From Balanoglossus misakiensis (Eukaryota; Animalia; Hemichordata), in NCBI GenBank assembly GCA_040954595.2, contig CM082576.2, positions 10,853,129-10,917,128 of the forward strand: DNA of 64,000 nt. Reading direction: 5' to 3'. The notes under the pieces were generated by a model. The model made no database searches. It was not told the DNA's origin and saw nothing but the letters and a program-made list of their open reading frames with translations. Both the position numbers and the translations under genes were made by a program. This document shows positions 43,101-56,426 of the stretch, piece after piece (position 1 is the stretch's first letter; each line of letters opens with the position of its first letter).

Positions 43101-45129
43101 ATCGCTCCGGTTTTATATTCCTCCTTGTGCAAGATGATGGATGTCATGCACGTTTAACCGATCATTCCTACTGTAGATAAGCGTCAACCACACAGGCTTG
43201 GAAAACGCAAAGTACACAAACCTATAAATCAATGAAGTACGTGTGAATCGTCGTCTGAGCTGAGCACGGGGGGAAGGCCATTAAGAATTCGACGTTATTC
43301 TGCGACAATATAATCTCTGCGTACAGACTGCATAAAGTCAGCCACTAGGAGAGACATTTCGATTGCCCTAGAGGTAACGCGCGCCATGCGTATACACCTT
43401 TTCAGACGAGGATACATGGTTCTTGAGTGAAACGGTGTATATTAGCGTAATAATCGTGGGGTATACATTTCGTGAAGTTTGATTGATATTTTCGACGTAG
43501 TAAAGGTATCCCCATGAATACTAGTTTAAAGGACTCGGTTGTGACTTATAGCGTTTATTTATTAGTGGGGCGAGAGGAAAGTTGAATTAGCGTGCGAGGC
43601 GGATCATTTTTCTTTCTTTCGTCTCTCGCCTCTGCTCATAAATACACGTTAATAGCGGGTAGCGTCGACCTCAATGCGGGTCATCTGCCTGCTGTAGGGG
43701 GAATATTCTCATCAGGGGCGCTTTACTGAGACTGCCCCCCCCCCCCCCTTCCATTTGGTCGGCATGTTAATCTACATCCGCTTAAATTAGTTCATCTCAG
43801 ATCCGGGTCACACCGCGATATGCGCGCCACAGAGAAGCATTTTTAATACAACGTGCGCGCCAATCATCAAATTTGATCGCATAGTGCGCTGTATTCAGTT
43901 TTACTCATTTACCTGTTTATTTAGAATACACAGCCAGCCATTAGTCCTTCTAGCCGCCTTATTAACAATCATCGCCGTCGTGTGGTTTTTCGCCGTCATA
44001 ATTTCAAGACATTATTGTGTGTTCCTCTTTCCAATCAAGCCCAGTTGATTGCATAAGAAATTAGTCTGTCGAACCACGCAGCAAGACTCCAATGGAGGGC
44101 TTACAAAACACATGATTATCTGCCCGTGAGGACTGTATACGCACGTTTGTCGTGAATGCTACAGTTTTGCGCGTAATAATCTAATATTAACAAGAGAAAC
44201 TGTGGATTTGCAGTGAAGTATTCTACCTGTCTGCGGATAACCGTTAGTGTCACCGATGAAACGTGCCACTGACACAAAACAAACTCGCCGTAGAGCGAGT
44301 CCGATTCAAACGTAAGGCAGATGACTACTAAAACGTTAGAATATTGTCATTTTTTCTGATTTTGATTTATCAGTGCATGGTAAAACATATATACAGAGAA
44401 AACAGGATGTCCCCACTGCTACTTTTTCAAGCAAGGGGTCTCAAATTTTGTGGAAAATGCTGAGTCAGCACTTTTCTCGCACTCCGACTGCTAGTATAGT
44501 TTTCCTATCATTGTGGAAATATCTGAACAGATCTATCAAAAAACCAAGCGCGGTGACACTACGAAACCAGAGACCCCAAATCACTTCCATCACACTTCCA
44601 GGTAAATCTAACGTGAAAATGGACCCAGTCGGACAGGGCATACCCCCGGAGACCTCTTCTGATAGGAGGATACCCCCGGGGGCGGGGGTTAATGCAGGAG
44701 ACGTTAGTTACGCTCATCTTTGCCTCTACGATCTGAAAGACCGAAAGCAGAAGACTGATATAAGGCATTAAAAGTAATGTGGATAGCGTCAGACTGAGGC
44801 GTGACGGATATTTCTGTCTTTTACCTCTTCTCGCCATTAATATGCCCGAACACGATACTCTTTGCTATCCTGTGACTCCTGACTGCGTGTGAGATCACCC
44901 GTGATATGAAAGCAATTATTTGAGTTCTGATACATGTGGCTGTTTCTTCCCTTTCCCCGCAGGAATGAAATGATATCACCGTGAAAATGGTTTCGTCTAA
45001 TCAGATGACATCTAGGAATCTAAACACACATTTCTATGGTAACCGTTTTAGATACAGTGTACCAGTCCAGTATCTTCTGAAGGACATTAATACAGTTTTA
45101 TTTTATTTTTTTACTTTTGCGTGCATGCT

Positions 45130-45175
45130 TTCAAAATTCCGTCAGACAACCGTTCAAAATTCCGTCAGAAAACCG
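45130..45175. repeat. 23 bp tandem duplication
   Basis: ttcaaaattccgtcagacaaccg followed by ttcaaaattccgtcagaaaaccg (one mismatch). Confidence 0.85.
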
Positions 45176-46362
45176 TCCGAGAAGATGCGCGATCGCTGTG
45201 TATCTCACAACTCGCTTTTTGAGGACACTATAATCTCCGCGATCCACAAAAGAGCGTTGACCGAATATCTTTTGCTAAGAAAGGTGTTCTAAATCGCTGT
45301 TAGTAGTATTCATCCGACAGTTTGATAATTTCAATCACTAATTTACTGATATTTCCGCAATATATCGGGTAAAAATAAAAGACTGAACAACTCTGGATGC
45401 ACTCGGTATGTGTATTTACAAACCGCCTCCGCCGCGCCGCGCTGAGAACAGAATGAGGACACACGGCACACGCGCCCTTGGTTACAAAACATAACCTTTA
45501 TGCTACCTGGTAAGCTGCCATTTGTAACGACTGATCGACTTCCATGAACACAATTTCCCCCTGGCGCCATCTTTATGAGAAAGGCCATCAAACGAGTGAA
45601 ATCTGCCAATGCATGTTGAGGGTTGCATGGCGACTGCCCGAGCTACATGCACGTATCGAGGAAAAAATAAACACACATGCACGTGGGATTGCGGTACCTG
45701 GTAATGTACACGTTCGGGAACACAGGGCGCTATGATCGTGGGAAGGCGATCATTCATTTCTGGTTTTTAAAAAAAACTCAGAGTGGCGCCGAGCTTTTTT
45801 CTTTCAACGAATCTTTCCCCTTTGATGACTGCTCATACCTCAGTGTGGCAGTGATTCCCCGCATTACAAATTGCGAGCACCCTGTATTGGCTCAGCTGTT
45901 ATTGATGATTGACAGTGTAAAATGGTGTTTTAGCATGGACTTTACGATCACCGCGGGCGTTCTGTTTAAGAACAGGGCCCAGGAGTGCATTAGCAAGACA
46001 GCCATAATAAAACGTGCATCATCAAAAACGAAAGGCATGCAGGATTACTTTGCTGTTATGGATTTTCGATAGAACTCGCGGCGGACAATAGACAGGTGTT
46101 CCAAGATGGATGTGCCCGGTGACCTTCCGGGAATCAAACTTTCATTCACTCTCATACACCGCCGCGCCTCTCCCTTCACGTCCATGCAAAGTGCTGCATT
46201 CCTATCTACTAAAAGCGTTGTATTATTCCGTGACAGGAACATTGAGGTAATTTAATATCTTTAGACGAACCTGTTTTAGTAAGGGCGCAGCTACTTTAAC
46301 CTTCTGTAATACGCACATCGACTGACACAATTTCGCGCTATTCAGGTTACTGTTCGTTGATC

Positions 46363-46446
<84 letters not shown>

Positions 46447-46514
46447 GTCTGTCTGTCTGTCTGTCTCTCTGTCTGTCTCTCTGTCTCTACATATTTTCTC
46501 TCTCTCCCTCTCTC
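46363..46514. repeat. (ATCT)n followed by (GTCT)n/(CT)n microsatellite
   Basis: About 21 perfect ATCT units, then a degenerate CTGT/CT tail. Confidence 0.95.
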
Positions 46515-49500
46515 TACACTAATATTACTACATAATATATAAATCATACATTAGAAGCAGCCTTGATGTATTTTTATGAGGTACTAACCTTTATGATTTT
46601 TATGGCTTTTGCGCAATACAATATTAATTTTGATTTAGCTAGATTCGTGTAGTGTTTTAATAATTCATATTGTATTTGTCTCGAAACATGTATCAATCTG
46701 ACTAATGTATTTATAGCATTGGCGTTATGAATTTATGTATCTCGTACGTGAGAAACAATAATGTTAGGAGATGTGCTCATCGCTTGCATATAATCTACAT
46801 CTATGCGTCTCAACGCCCTTTATCATGTTTATGAGTTGCGTGTCCGACATTCTGAAGGCTTTTGACCTTGCGAGTCACTGCCGTAACGCCTATTCATTTG
46901 GAAGTCTTGACGTGCGAATCATGTCAAGGGAAGACTCCATGTTTCAACACTATACGAGTAGCCTCTTGGTGATTGACCGATGTCGACACGTTCATCGCAT
47001 TCCGTCAAGAATCGTTTTCCTCGTCTTGATTATTCCGGTCGATTTTGTTACGACGAGAAAATCGATTGAACGCCGGTCACAGAGACCGAGTTCTCGAATG
47101 CAATCGTCATGCCAAGCCCCCAGAGTTTTACGGTACAGGTGTACACGCTTATGGGCGTTCCTTCACTACATCACAGGATTTCGTTGGCAAAGAATGCGTT
47201 GCACAGCACTTTGCCATCGACGTGACCAATTAGACAGAAAACAGTGGATTAATGGCAAGCTTAGTATGCTTGCTTTCAATTGAATTGCTTTTAATTGATA
47301 ACGCTACACCATTCTCGAGATTAATTACTATACGTAATGAAAAACATAAGCTGAAACCGTCTTCGTATGCAATATCCCATTACACTCTGATGCGATCAGT
47401 TTGATCCGCAAACCCCAATCGCGGACATGACTCTTTAATCAGTCACTGAAAAGGGGATAAAAGCGGCCAAGCTTTATTAATTTGCTAAAATCTCGACAAG
47501 ATGAAATGATCCCACTGGGCGTAGGTTCAGAGATCGATAATTAATTGAGCGACCAAGTGGGAAACTTTGACTAATTTATTGAAGTCAAATATATGAGCAA
47601 TTACAGTAATTAGAAGTGATCACACAGGGGGAACTTATCGAGAGAAATGGACAATACAATTACAGAAATCGCGGTTTACGCTCCCCGTCAGCTCCCAGTT
47701 TCAGCTAAGCTTCACGCGGTGCCACTCTAAAATACCGCTGTACTCACGGTGACAGCCGTGATTTATTTTCCTATTGTGAATTTTAATCAACCTGGTAACA
47801 ATGAAGGTATTTGTTTATAATCGACTCTACACCTGCCAAAAGTGCCTCCGACGGAGAATCACGGTAGTCGGATAATCAGATCAGAGAGTTACTGAATATG
47901 CTGCAGTTACTATCAATAATAATTACGCTCAACAAATCACTCTCGATGTAAGAGCCTCGCTAATAATTTACAGTAAAGTGATTTAAACTCTGCTCACTTG
48001 TGTAGCATTAAAACGAGGGTACTCGTTGGTTTTGTTAAGTTGTGTTTTTTTTTAATTTATTTCAAGTGTTTTATTATTCGTATAAAAGACGGGATAATTA
48101 CGTAGAAAAGCTAAAAAAGAAAACTCGGGTTTCTCACTTGCACTGAGTCGTCCACGCCATTTAGTAAATTACGAAACACTTTCTATTTCGATAATTAAAC
48201 TGCAGTCCCCCGTCTGCATCTGTGTGTACGATGTACACATGCCAATTTTGAACAGGGTAGGAGCGTTGGCGGAACTTCTCATTCCCGAGAAAAACATATT
48301 TTGGGGTTGTAAAAAAGTTTACACTTCAGGCTGACCATAAAAGAAAGTTTGTGAAATTAAGAGACCATACGGGTGCGTATGCTTGCCTTTGGCCTGAAAG
48401 CGGGTTTCGCTAGCAAAATAAAGCAATGTGGATGTTTCGCGGGTGTTCGCCCGGTCGTTGGTGTGGGGAGGAAGAATGTGGCATATGTTCAAAACTCTTC
48501 AAACTGTAACAGGTGATAGATAATGGAACGGAGTTGTCACAGAGAAGAGAACGGTGATGAAATACAAACAACAAAACTCGCACCACAAAGAATGGCCTCG
48601 ACCGGGCATGCACCATTTCTGGTTTCTACGGAGTTGGCAGGTATTCGGTCTCGTCGTGAAACACGACACGCCTCGGCGACACGACACAATGCGGTTCGAT
48701 TCGCTAAATGTGATTCTGCATCGGCGCATCAGTGTGCGTTTCCACGCTCCGCGGTGCACTGCACACTGTTTGTTGTTTCAATTCTCCCGTTGCCCTGGTT
48801 ACCACGCCAATCCATCTGGTTTCTCTTTTTTATTTCGCACTGCGGTCGTGTCTCCGCTTGTCAACCGCCATACGCTCAGATAAAACCACTGCCATTATTT
48901 TACATCATCGCCGATGAATATAGAATAACGGGTAATCAGACGAGAATGATACAATATCTGACTCAATTTGGCACGATTCTACTGAAAACATCATTTTCCT
49001 CGAGCGTAATGAAGCCATACGTATCTCACAATGTGAAGCCGGTATACGGACGACCAGTTATACCTTAATCAAGAGCACGGAAATAAAACACATGATTGTC
49101 ACATTCGCGCGTTATTGAGAAAGTAATTACAATCTTGATTGTGCCACGTTCACAAAATCTGCGATGCTTGATTTTTTTTCTAACCTGTCCTTTCTCCTGT
49201 GGTTATCCAACCAGCTCAGACTGTTTCGCTTAGCTATGTCGCCATATTGCATGCAAGCAAGGTTTCAATTTGCTCAATCATGTTGAAGGATTTGATTAAT
49301 ACAGGTTAAACACACAAGCTACGGAAAACCTACAATGCATGTATAAGTGTTGGCAGTTTAAATGTTCGGCCTGTTTTCAATATGATGTCTTGTACTTCGA
49401 AATTTTAAATTTGATCGGCCATTGTGAAAATTAAAACTAGTTTGTCTTTTTAAAATCTGAGACACGGTTTTGCTGACAGTATACATTAAGTATATACAGA

Positions 49501-50127
49501 TTGTTTAATTTAATCATTCGTCGCTTATACGGGAATAAAATCAATTAGATAGAACGTTCTGTTGATATTTAGGTCTCTGCTGTTAAATATTATTTTAATA
49601 AAGAAATCTGTGATTAAAATTACGGTTGTCGTGTACCTCACAAGCTACATACACTGAAGCGAATCTTTGGGCCTTTTCTCGCTTGGAAAGGCGGGAAGTT
49701 TTACAACCAAGGGCTTCATTTCGGCACGATATATGAATCTGACTTTTCATGGCACTCGTGTGAAGTACGGATATAAAAATTGATACGCGCGTGTAAAATT
49801 GAATTTGTTTCCAACCAGGGCCCGACTGAACCCATTGAAGTTGGCGACGCAAATTAAAAAGCGGTCGTATCCGCAAATTCGCACTGCAATATTCGAACAC
49901 AACTAAAAGCTTTTTATTTCTTTTTTGCCATGCCGATCGTTCTCTGTACATGTATTCACAAAATTTTCTTTTCAATCAAAGCGGTGTGCGCGATCCATTT
50001 CCTGCTGTGCCGTGTTAAGGTAGCTTTAACTTCTGCTCATCGGGCCTTTGAGCTGTAAACACTTACCCAGACTCCCGTTGCCTGTCTCATCTTGACGTAA
50101 TTGCCTGGGATTGTTCCTTTAGCTTTC

Positions 50128-50320
50128 TTAAAGGTATACAGTCACCTATGGAAAATTAGCTCTAGTTACCATGGCAAATTGAGATCTAGCCAATCACAGA
50201 TTTTCAGTGGGTGGCAGACGCGAAAAAAAGAGCGCCACCATATGTTCTTTAGAACGCTCAAATACGCAATTTCTGCCATATATGGGCGTATGTAAATTGG
50301 AGGTGACTGTATACCTTTAA
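50128..50320. mobile_element. Non-autonomous DNA transposon (MITE), Kolobok-like termini
   Basis: TTAAAGGTATACAGTCACCT (50128-50147) is the exact reverse complement of AGGTGACTGTATACCTTTAA (50301-50320). This reads as a TTAA target duplication plus 16 bp TIRs starting AGG. No coding capacity. Confidence 0.8.
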
Positions 50321-53033
50321 TGTGTAGCGGTTAATCTAATATTCGAACAATATTTGCGCTTCGGTTCTCGGGAACTGGGCCGTACGTCTTAAATTTCACA
50401 AAACATTAAACATTAAAAAAATATCAAATCATCAAAAATTGAACTTTTTTTCACTGTGAGCAAAAGCCAGACTCTCGGGCACGCGTGTTTTCGCCACCTC
50501 TATTTTGCGCAGGGGTTTTCCCCCCAACATTTTAATTTTTAAATTTCATCACGCAAATGATTATAGATTTCCGGGCAGCGGAAACTGAATCAACATTGAT
50601 TATATTTAAACGGTTATTTTCCGGAAGAAAAAGGAATGATAAAGGCTTAAATTCTTTCTTTATTTTTTCGTCTCTTGTCGCGTTTCAATACACAACGAAC
50701 GGAGCGAATTGATTCTTTTCCGTGGTTGGTGTAGCGTAAAAGTTTATGACCAATTCAATCTTCCCGATGCTTAATTCTCGAGAGTGCGAAAAAATGAAAG
50801 TTTGAGAACGTGACTTCCGGAAGTAGTTTAGTGGCGTGCCGTAAAAGGGTATGATTTCCAAGACGAATATTGGCACTTTAATACGACTGAGTCACACGGG
50901 GAGAAATGAGTTTATAAGTGCCGTAAATCACGCCTGCGTACGTGTCAATCTGCCGAGGATGGTTAAAATGAATACCATGACAATCTCGCGAAGCTTTCAG
51001 ATAGGCCTAAGTTCTAAAAGAAAAACGTTAATAACTCGTCTCGAGTTTCACATGACCCCGTGCACCGCACGATCAGATGAACTAGCGGCGGCATAGTGAC
51101 GCAGGTGTGTTTTGTCGACAAAGGGCAAATGCAACGTTAATCATTGAAACAAAACACGGCGTTTAAAATAACGAACAGTTTGCACCATATTGACCAACAA
51201 GTCAGACATCTAAAGACGCCTTTCTAGTGATAAAATGAGGGTATTTTAGGGCGAGATACATCGTGCTTTGAGAGAAGCCAGTACATTGTGCTTTCCTATA
51301 CACACCTGTTGGGTCTTTATGGACGCGGTCACAGTATTGGCATTCAGGAGAAGACGACAAGACGATCGACTATGTAAACAAAAACCGAGGGCATCGCTTC
51401 AATCATCATACTGGTCCTTTCACACAGTCTCAATTGGTAATTTGCCCGGGAAAAAGGGTCTGATTGCACGTCGAATCTTCGCGCGCCATTTCGACACGGG
51501 TGTCGCTCGCGAAGCAATAAACTGTAGATCTCCACGCGGATGCAAATCATTCAAAATGCAATTTCGCCGTAATTTAACAGCGTGAACAGGGCCATCTTTA
51601 TATATTGCTCGCATAATTCCGACTCATATCTGAAGCTGACAATTTAGACAGGATATTGGAAAGGAGACTCGTAAATAACATCTAAGAGCAGTGACTGACT
51701 TCGCCACGGGCATTTTTTGGTGCTTTGGCGGCGCTGATTTTTAGGGGGGAAGACATTTGTGGACAACAATGGCTGTTTACAGTTACACATACACAAGCAA
51801 GGGAAGGAACACGAACGAAATTAACGAAACTGCTATAAATCTGAATTTGTACATCCGCCACAGACTGTAAACATTAGTCAAAGAAGCAACCTCGAGGGAG
51901 CAAGCTAAATTTCCATATTAATGCCTTTTCCAATTTAAATTGATAACTGAGTATTCTGTCATGCACGAATTCTGATAACTCTCCACGAGTTCTCTTACTA
52001 GTCGACATGTAGCTTAACGCGAATCATTGTCCGGCATGTTTTAGGCGTACATTTGGAGTAATAACCGATTGGATGGATTGAGATGTACAAATAATTTCGA
52101 CGCTGAAGGAAATAAACGCCATTTCCTGATATACGCCGACTGGTTAACTGTTTCCATGGATACAATGTAGCTTCGACGATATCGTTGTCGTTTTATCGTA
52201 GGCTTCCCAGGCAAACATGTGTGTGGCGGGGTGATTTTGAGGGGAGGCATGGTGGGGGTAAGCAAGGAGATTCCATCTCTTTGTGTCTTGGATGGAGTTC
52301 AAAATAAAAGAGACATTAACACCGGAATGGACCGGGACTACCAACTATCTTCTGTGTCTTGATTTACACCTATTTGTAACTTGTTATCATCATCGGTTTT
52401 TACACTGTTGTAGTTTGCCCGCAAATACCACTGACCACGCTAGTGTTTTACCTGTACCTGGATATTAAACTAGTCGTTTTAACCAGTAGGATAGTATCTT
52501 GGGTAATATTCAATTTTGTTCAAATTATGTAATCATCCTCCAATAAGCCATTTGATATAATAACCAACCGAGTTTCCACATTTCTGGGCAGATTACAAAA
52601 ATTGGGGAGTATAAAAATTATATTAACGGTTGTAAGGGGTTATAAATAAGAATACAGGGTACATTTTGTAGTCTGCAGTCCCCTAATGTAGTCAGTTTTA
52701 GTTGGAACATCAACACAGAGTCGAAGAGAGAAAAAACAAGGCATGTGTTCACAGCCCTCTACTATAAACTACATCATGCACGACTGCATAGGTTTCTTAT
52801 GGTCATATAATGGCTGACAAAATGTTGACATGACCAATCAGCGTTTGCCATGACGACCACAACGTTCGAAGGGCTGTCAAGGTGACCTTGACATGCAAAA
52901 GCGTAGGTAACTCCTCCGAGGTTTAAACAAAAACCCAATGGATTATTTAACGACAGCCGGTGGTAATAAAACCATTGTTCTCCAGCAAATGAAGCATTGC
53001 TTTGTGTCGGAGTGTCACTACTACTGATCAATT

Positions 53034-53064
53034 CCTTTAAGAATATTTGAAATATTCTTAAAGG
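53034..53064. repeat. Perfect 15 bp inverted repeat with 1 nt spacer
   Basis: CCTTTAAGAATATTT-G-AAATATTCTTAAAGG. Confidence 0.85.
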
Positions 53065-56001
53065 GGCACATGTTCTCACTCTTTGTTTCACTAAAAGGTC
53101 TATAATTGTTGATATCTATAGAAATGCCCATGTCAACAAATATGGGCCTTTAAGGGATTGAGCGTATAGAAGCGTATGCATGTATATCGGCAACTGTCGT
53201 GAGTGATATGTGTAAAATATCAATAGAAATCCGCGATCGGCTTATGTTATTTTTAACATTCTCTCCCCACGGGTCGAATAAATTGGATTCATTGAACATA
53301 CACAGCCTTGCCAGTTTGATGGCAGGGGTTAGTCACCCTCTGGAAACGGGAAATTTGACGGATCTCATTCACGGCAACTAAACTGTTCGTGTCTGTTTTG
53401 TTTTAAATACTCTGTCCATGCATTTATCAAAAACCAAACTAGACTGTCGGGTTATCGATTTCAATAAAAAGAAGTAATTCCCTCAGTCGCGTTCAGGGGG
53501 ATTTCTGTTGCTAAGCGACAAGACATAACGCTATAGCATAATGCGGAGAATAGCGGACTGGCGCCAGAGACGTGATGTATGTAAAATGTGCATGTTTTAT
53601 TTGAAAAGACGGAATAAGGTCGTGTGCCCTACAAAAACAACGCTAGTGGCAAATTGTTTCGTGGAGAGATTTTTTTACTGATTTAGACCTACTGATTTTA
53701 GACAGAAATCCATCTAACATTTTTAATGTATACCAGAAGTTACACGGTACATATCTTTTTTGGTTTGAGTCTTGACACAGCGGCTGTGCTTAATTCCCAC
53801 CATTTTCAACCGTTGTTTTTTAAACAAAAACAAAAAAACACAGTCACTTGCACTGACGTGTCTGGCGGGCATCAACTTGTATAGCTTTCCCAAGCGGTGG
53901 ATGTTTTTATATAGCTAATCAAATTGTCCAAGCGGCTGAACCGATAACATCGTTACGCTTGCTTTTACTTAATTCGAATAGGGGTTTGCTAATGAACTCG
54001 CATTGTTCCGGTCAATCGCCAGGGTTTAGTGAGTTGTGTGGGAGTACGGGTGAATCAGGCCCCGTGTTATGTCAATGAATAAGCTTACGCGGCCCTCACT
54101 CCCCACCACCGCCGCTGCTGTCCGTTCATGTGCTGCCGGGGCCCGCTGCTTTCTGATCGCTGCTGTGACACACAGCAGCGCGGCGGGAGATCTAGACTAG
54201 TCCGGACCGCGGATATTCGCTGCCAATTTCTTCTATCGACGGGAGAAATGGGCACAATTTTGTTACTTCTGTGACGACGTAAGTTCTGGTTACGTGATCT
54301 TTCCTCGGTCACAAATCGTCAAATAAACACGGTGAAATGTTTTTCAGAGTTTTACGCACACATACCCTACACAGCTAAGTCTTTTAAGTCAAAACCAGGA
54401 GATGCATGTATACTAACCTTCAGCTTCCGAACAAACAATTTTAATTTTTTTTTACATATTGAATACCCTGCCATGTTCTATTCTTTTACCTTTTACAAAA
54501 TCTGGCCGGTCGTCACGGCACGCCGTTATTCTTTGAGTACGTCACGCAGGAGCTTTTCTCCATATTTCTTTTCACAGATTTCCAACAAGATCGTAAATTA
54601 CACCGCGCCATCTTCCGAAGTTCCCTCAAAACGCGAACGTTATGTCCTACGTTTCTAAACAATGGTAAATTTACGATTTTCTTAAACCTATGTTACATCG
54701 GTATCATCATTCGCTTTCATGCAAATCGGTCTCTCTTTCTTGTTGTTGTGTTTTGCGACCTCCGCGATACAATTAAGTTTGGCGGGAAACGTGGGTGAAA
54801 GCTAGATTACACCGCCGATGCCCACGGGTAAGGCTCCCGTCGATGTTTGATTTCTCTAATGCACTTTTCTACGCCGCCAACACACAACCTTAAATATCCC
54901 CCGCGAAAACTGTAAACAGTCGGTTACAAGGCCGGCACTCTCGCACACGACCTTCAAAACCTATGCACAGCGCGAGCTATCACTTTCTCCAGTGGCGAAA
55001 CTTCCTCCGCTTGCGTGACAGAACCACGCGCTGCTTTCTCAGTTGTTCCAAAGGGGTCACCACGACCTGGCGTCGTGTACTTTAACTCTGAAATATCGAT
55101 CTGTCGAACCACTCCCTTGGCGGGGAAACTGAGCCGCTTTAAACGGTAAAATCGAATCGCTCCCATCAGTATTGCCATGCCGTGTGACGTGGCGATTAGA
55201 TCGCAAAAGCCTCGAGGTGTGTGTGTGTACCCTTTGTGAACTAAAAATCACAACAATTACAGTCGGAAGTCGGACTCGGATTTACCTTTAAAATTTAAAA
55301 TGCTGCAGTGTCTTAACTAGTCTGTCAAAGATCGGGCTAGTTTTTTTATCGCAAGAGGCTCGGCTCTCCGATATGATCAAATGCGCCGAATTACTATTTA
55401 ATCGAGTTCGTGCAATGAAGGCGACCAGCGACGAAATGACCGATGATATATTTGAGTGCACGTGTCTTTGAAATGTAGTCAATGTTTCTGTGTCTCACAC
55501 CGTAAGCGGGTGTCGGGGATATATGCCTGCTCTGAAAAGCGAACCGCGCAGTTTTAAGAGTGAAAGTGTATAAATTGTGTGATCTAAGCTAAGTCAAATT
55601 TCTGTGGCGTCAAACACATTGGGTTGATCGCTTTGAACAAAAAATAACAGGGCTGCCCGGTCCTGTGTTAGCAGCACTCAGGCGGTTCAAATATGTTGCT
55701 TTACAATTTGAACGTAGTCTCTCTGATGACAGGGGATAACGGCAGATGTGCCACTTTGGTTTATGGTCGATTGCGATCTGCCACCAGCTTTCCGAGGAAG
55801 CGGACGCTCTGCACAAAATCATGCTCGAGATAGTATATCGAACTTCCAACGCCACCTAATTCACCAGCTGTCCGTGGGGGTAATCAGCCCCCCCCCCAAA
55901 CGTACGGTACAGCTGCGTACCACAGCTACCCAGCCGCTCAGTTTTCAGCGGTGTTTGTCTTTTACCGACGCGCAAAAAACGCAAGGAATTTGTTTTCTCA
56001 C

Positions 56002-56186
56002 CTGATCATCATATTCATCCCCACCGCTTCCAGGCTCCTCTGCACTGCTTTCCACGATTTTTCAAGGCTGAACTTCTGCCTCGCCGTGAGCGGCAACCTG
56101 GCGTCGAGTTGCTGTGGCGGCGGCGGGTCCAGCAGAGGGTCGCATTTGGCCGGGCGATCCGACGCGGCCGACGACGTACACCCCAT
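56002..56186 (-). CDS. Globin X-like (neuroglobin/cytoglobin-like) membrane-anchored globin, coding exon 1 (N-terminal extension, A and B helices)
   Basis: Translates as MGCTSSAASDRPAKCDPLLDPPPPQQLDARLPLTARQKFSLEKSWKAVQRSLEAVGMNMMI-R. It carries the globin A-helix pattern LTxxQKxxLxxSW, B6 Gly and an N-terminal MGCxxS myristoylation/palmitoylation motif. It ends at AG|GTGAGA (GT at 56001-56000), phase 2, which is the conserved B12.2 intron position. Confidence 0.9.
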
Positions 56187-56426
56187 GGTTTTTACGCAGC
56201 TACGCGACAGCCGTCGATTCGTCGGGGAACCATCACTGGTGCAGAGCCGCCGGAGTCATTTGTGGAAGGCTCCGTGAAAGGGCGATCACCGCTCTGGTGT
56301 CGACGGCAGAGAAGAGAAAATACACACAGCTGCCTGTCGTCTGATACGCTCTGGGTAAAAATTACGGCGCTCGCTCAACCGAGCTACGAGTCAATGCTAG
56401 CTATCAAACAACGAATCGCGATCGCT

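Larger units (their letters stand above)
27905..56186 (-). other. Full coding span of the globin gene (3 exons, 183 aa; intron 1 28828-56001, 27,174 bp; intron 2 28046-28601, 556 bp)
   Basis: Exon phases (2, then 0) join into one uninterrupted globin-fold ORF with both ancestral globin intron positions. I saw no closer candidate A/B-helix exon inside intron 1. Confidence 0.85.

Noticed and set aside
48523-49068. 181 aa plus-strand ORF and overlapping ORFs
   Set aside because: Random-looking composition with several frames open; no family motif.
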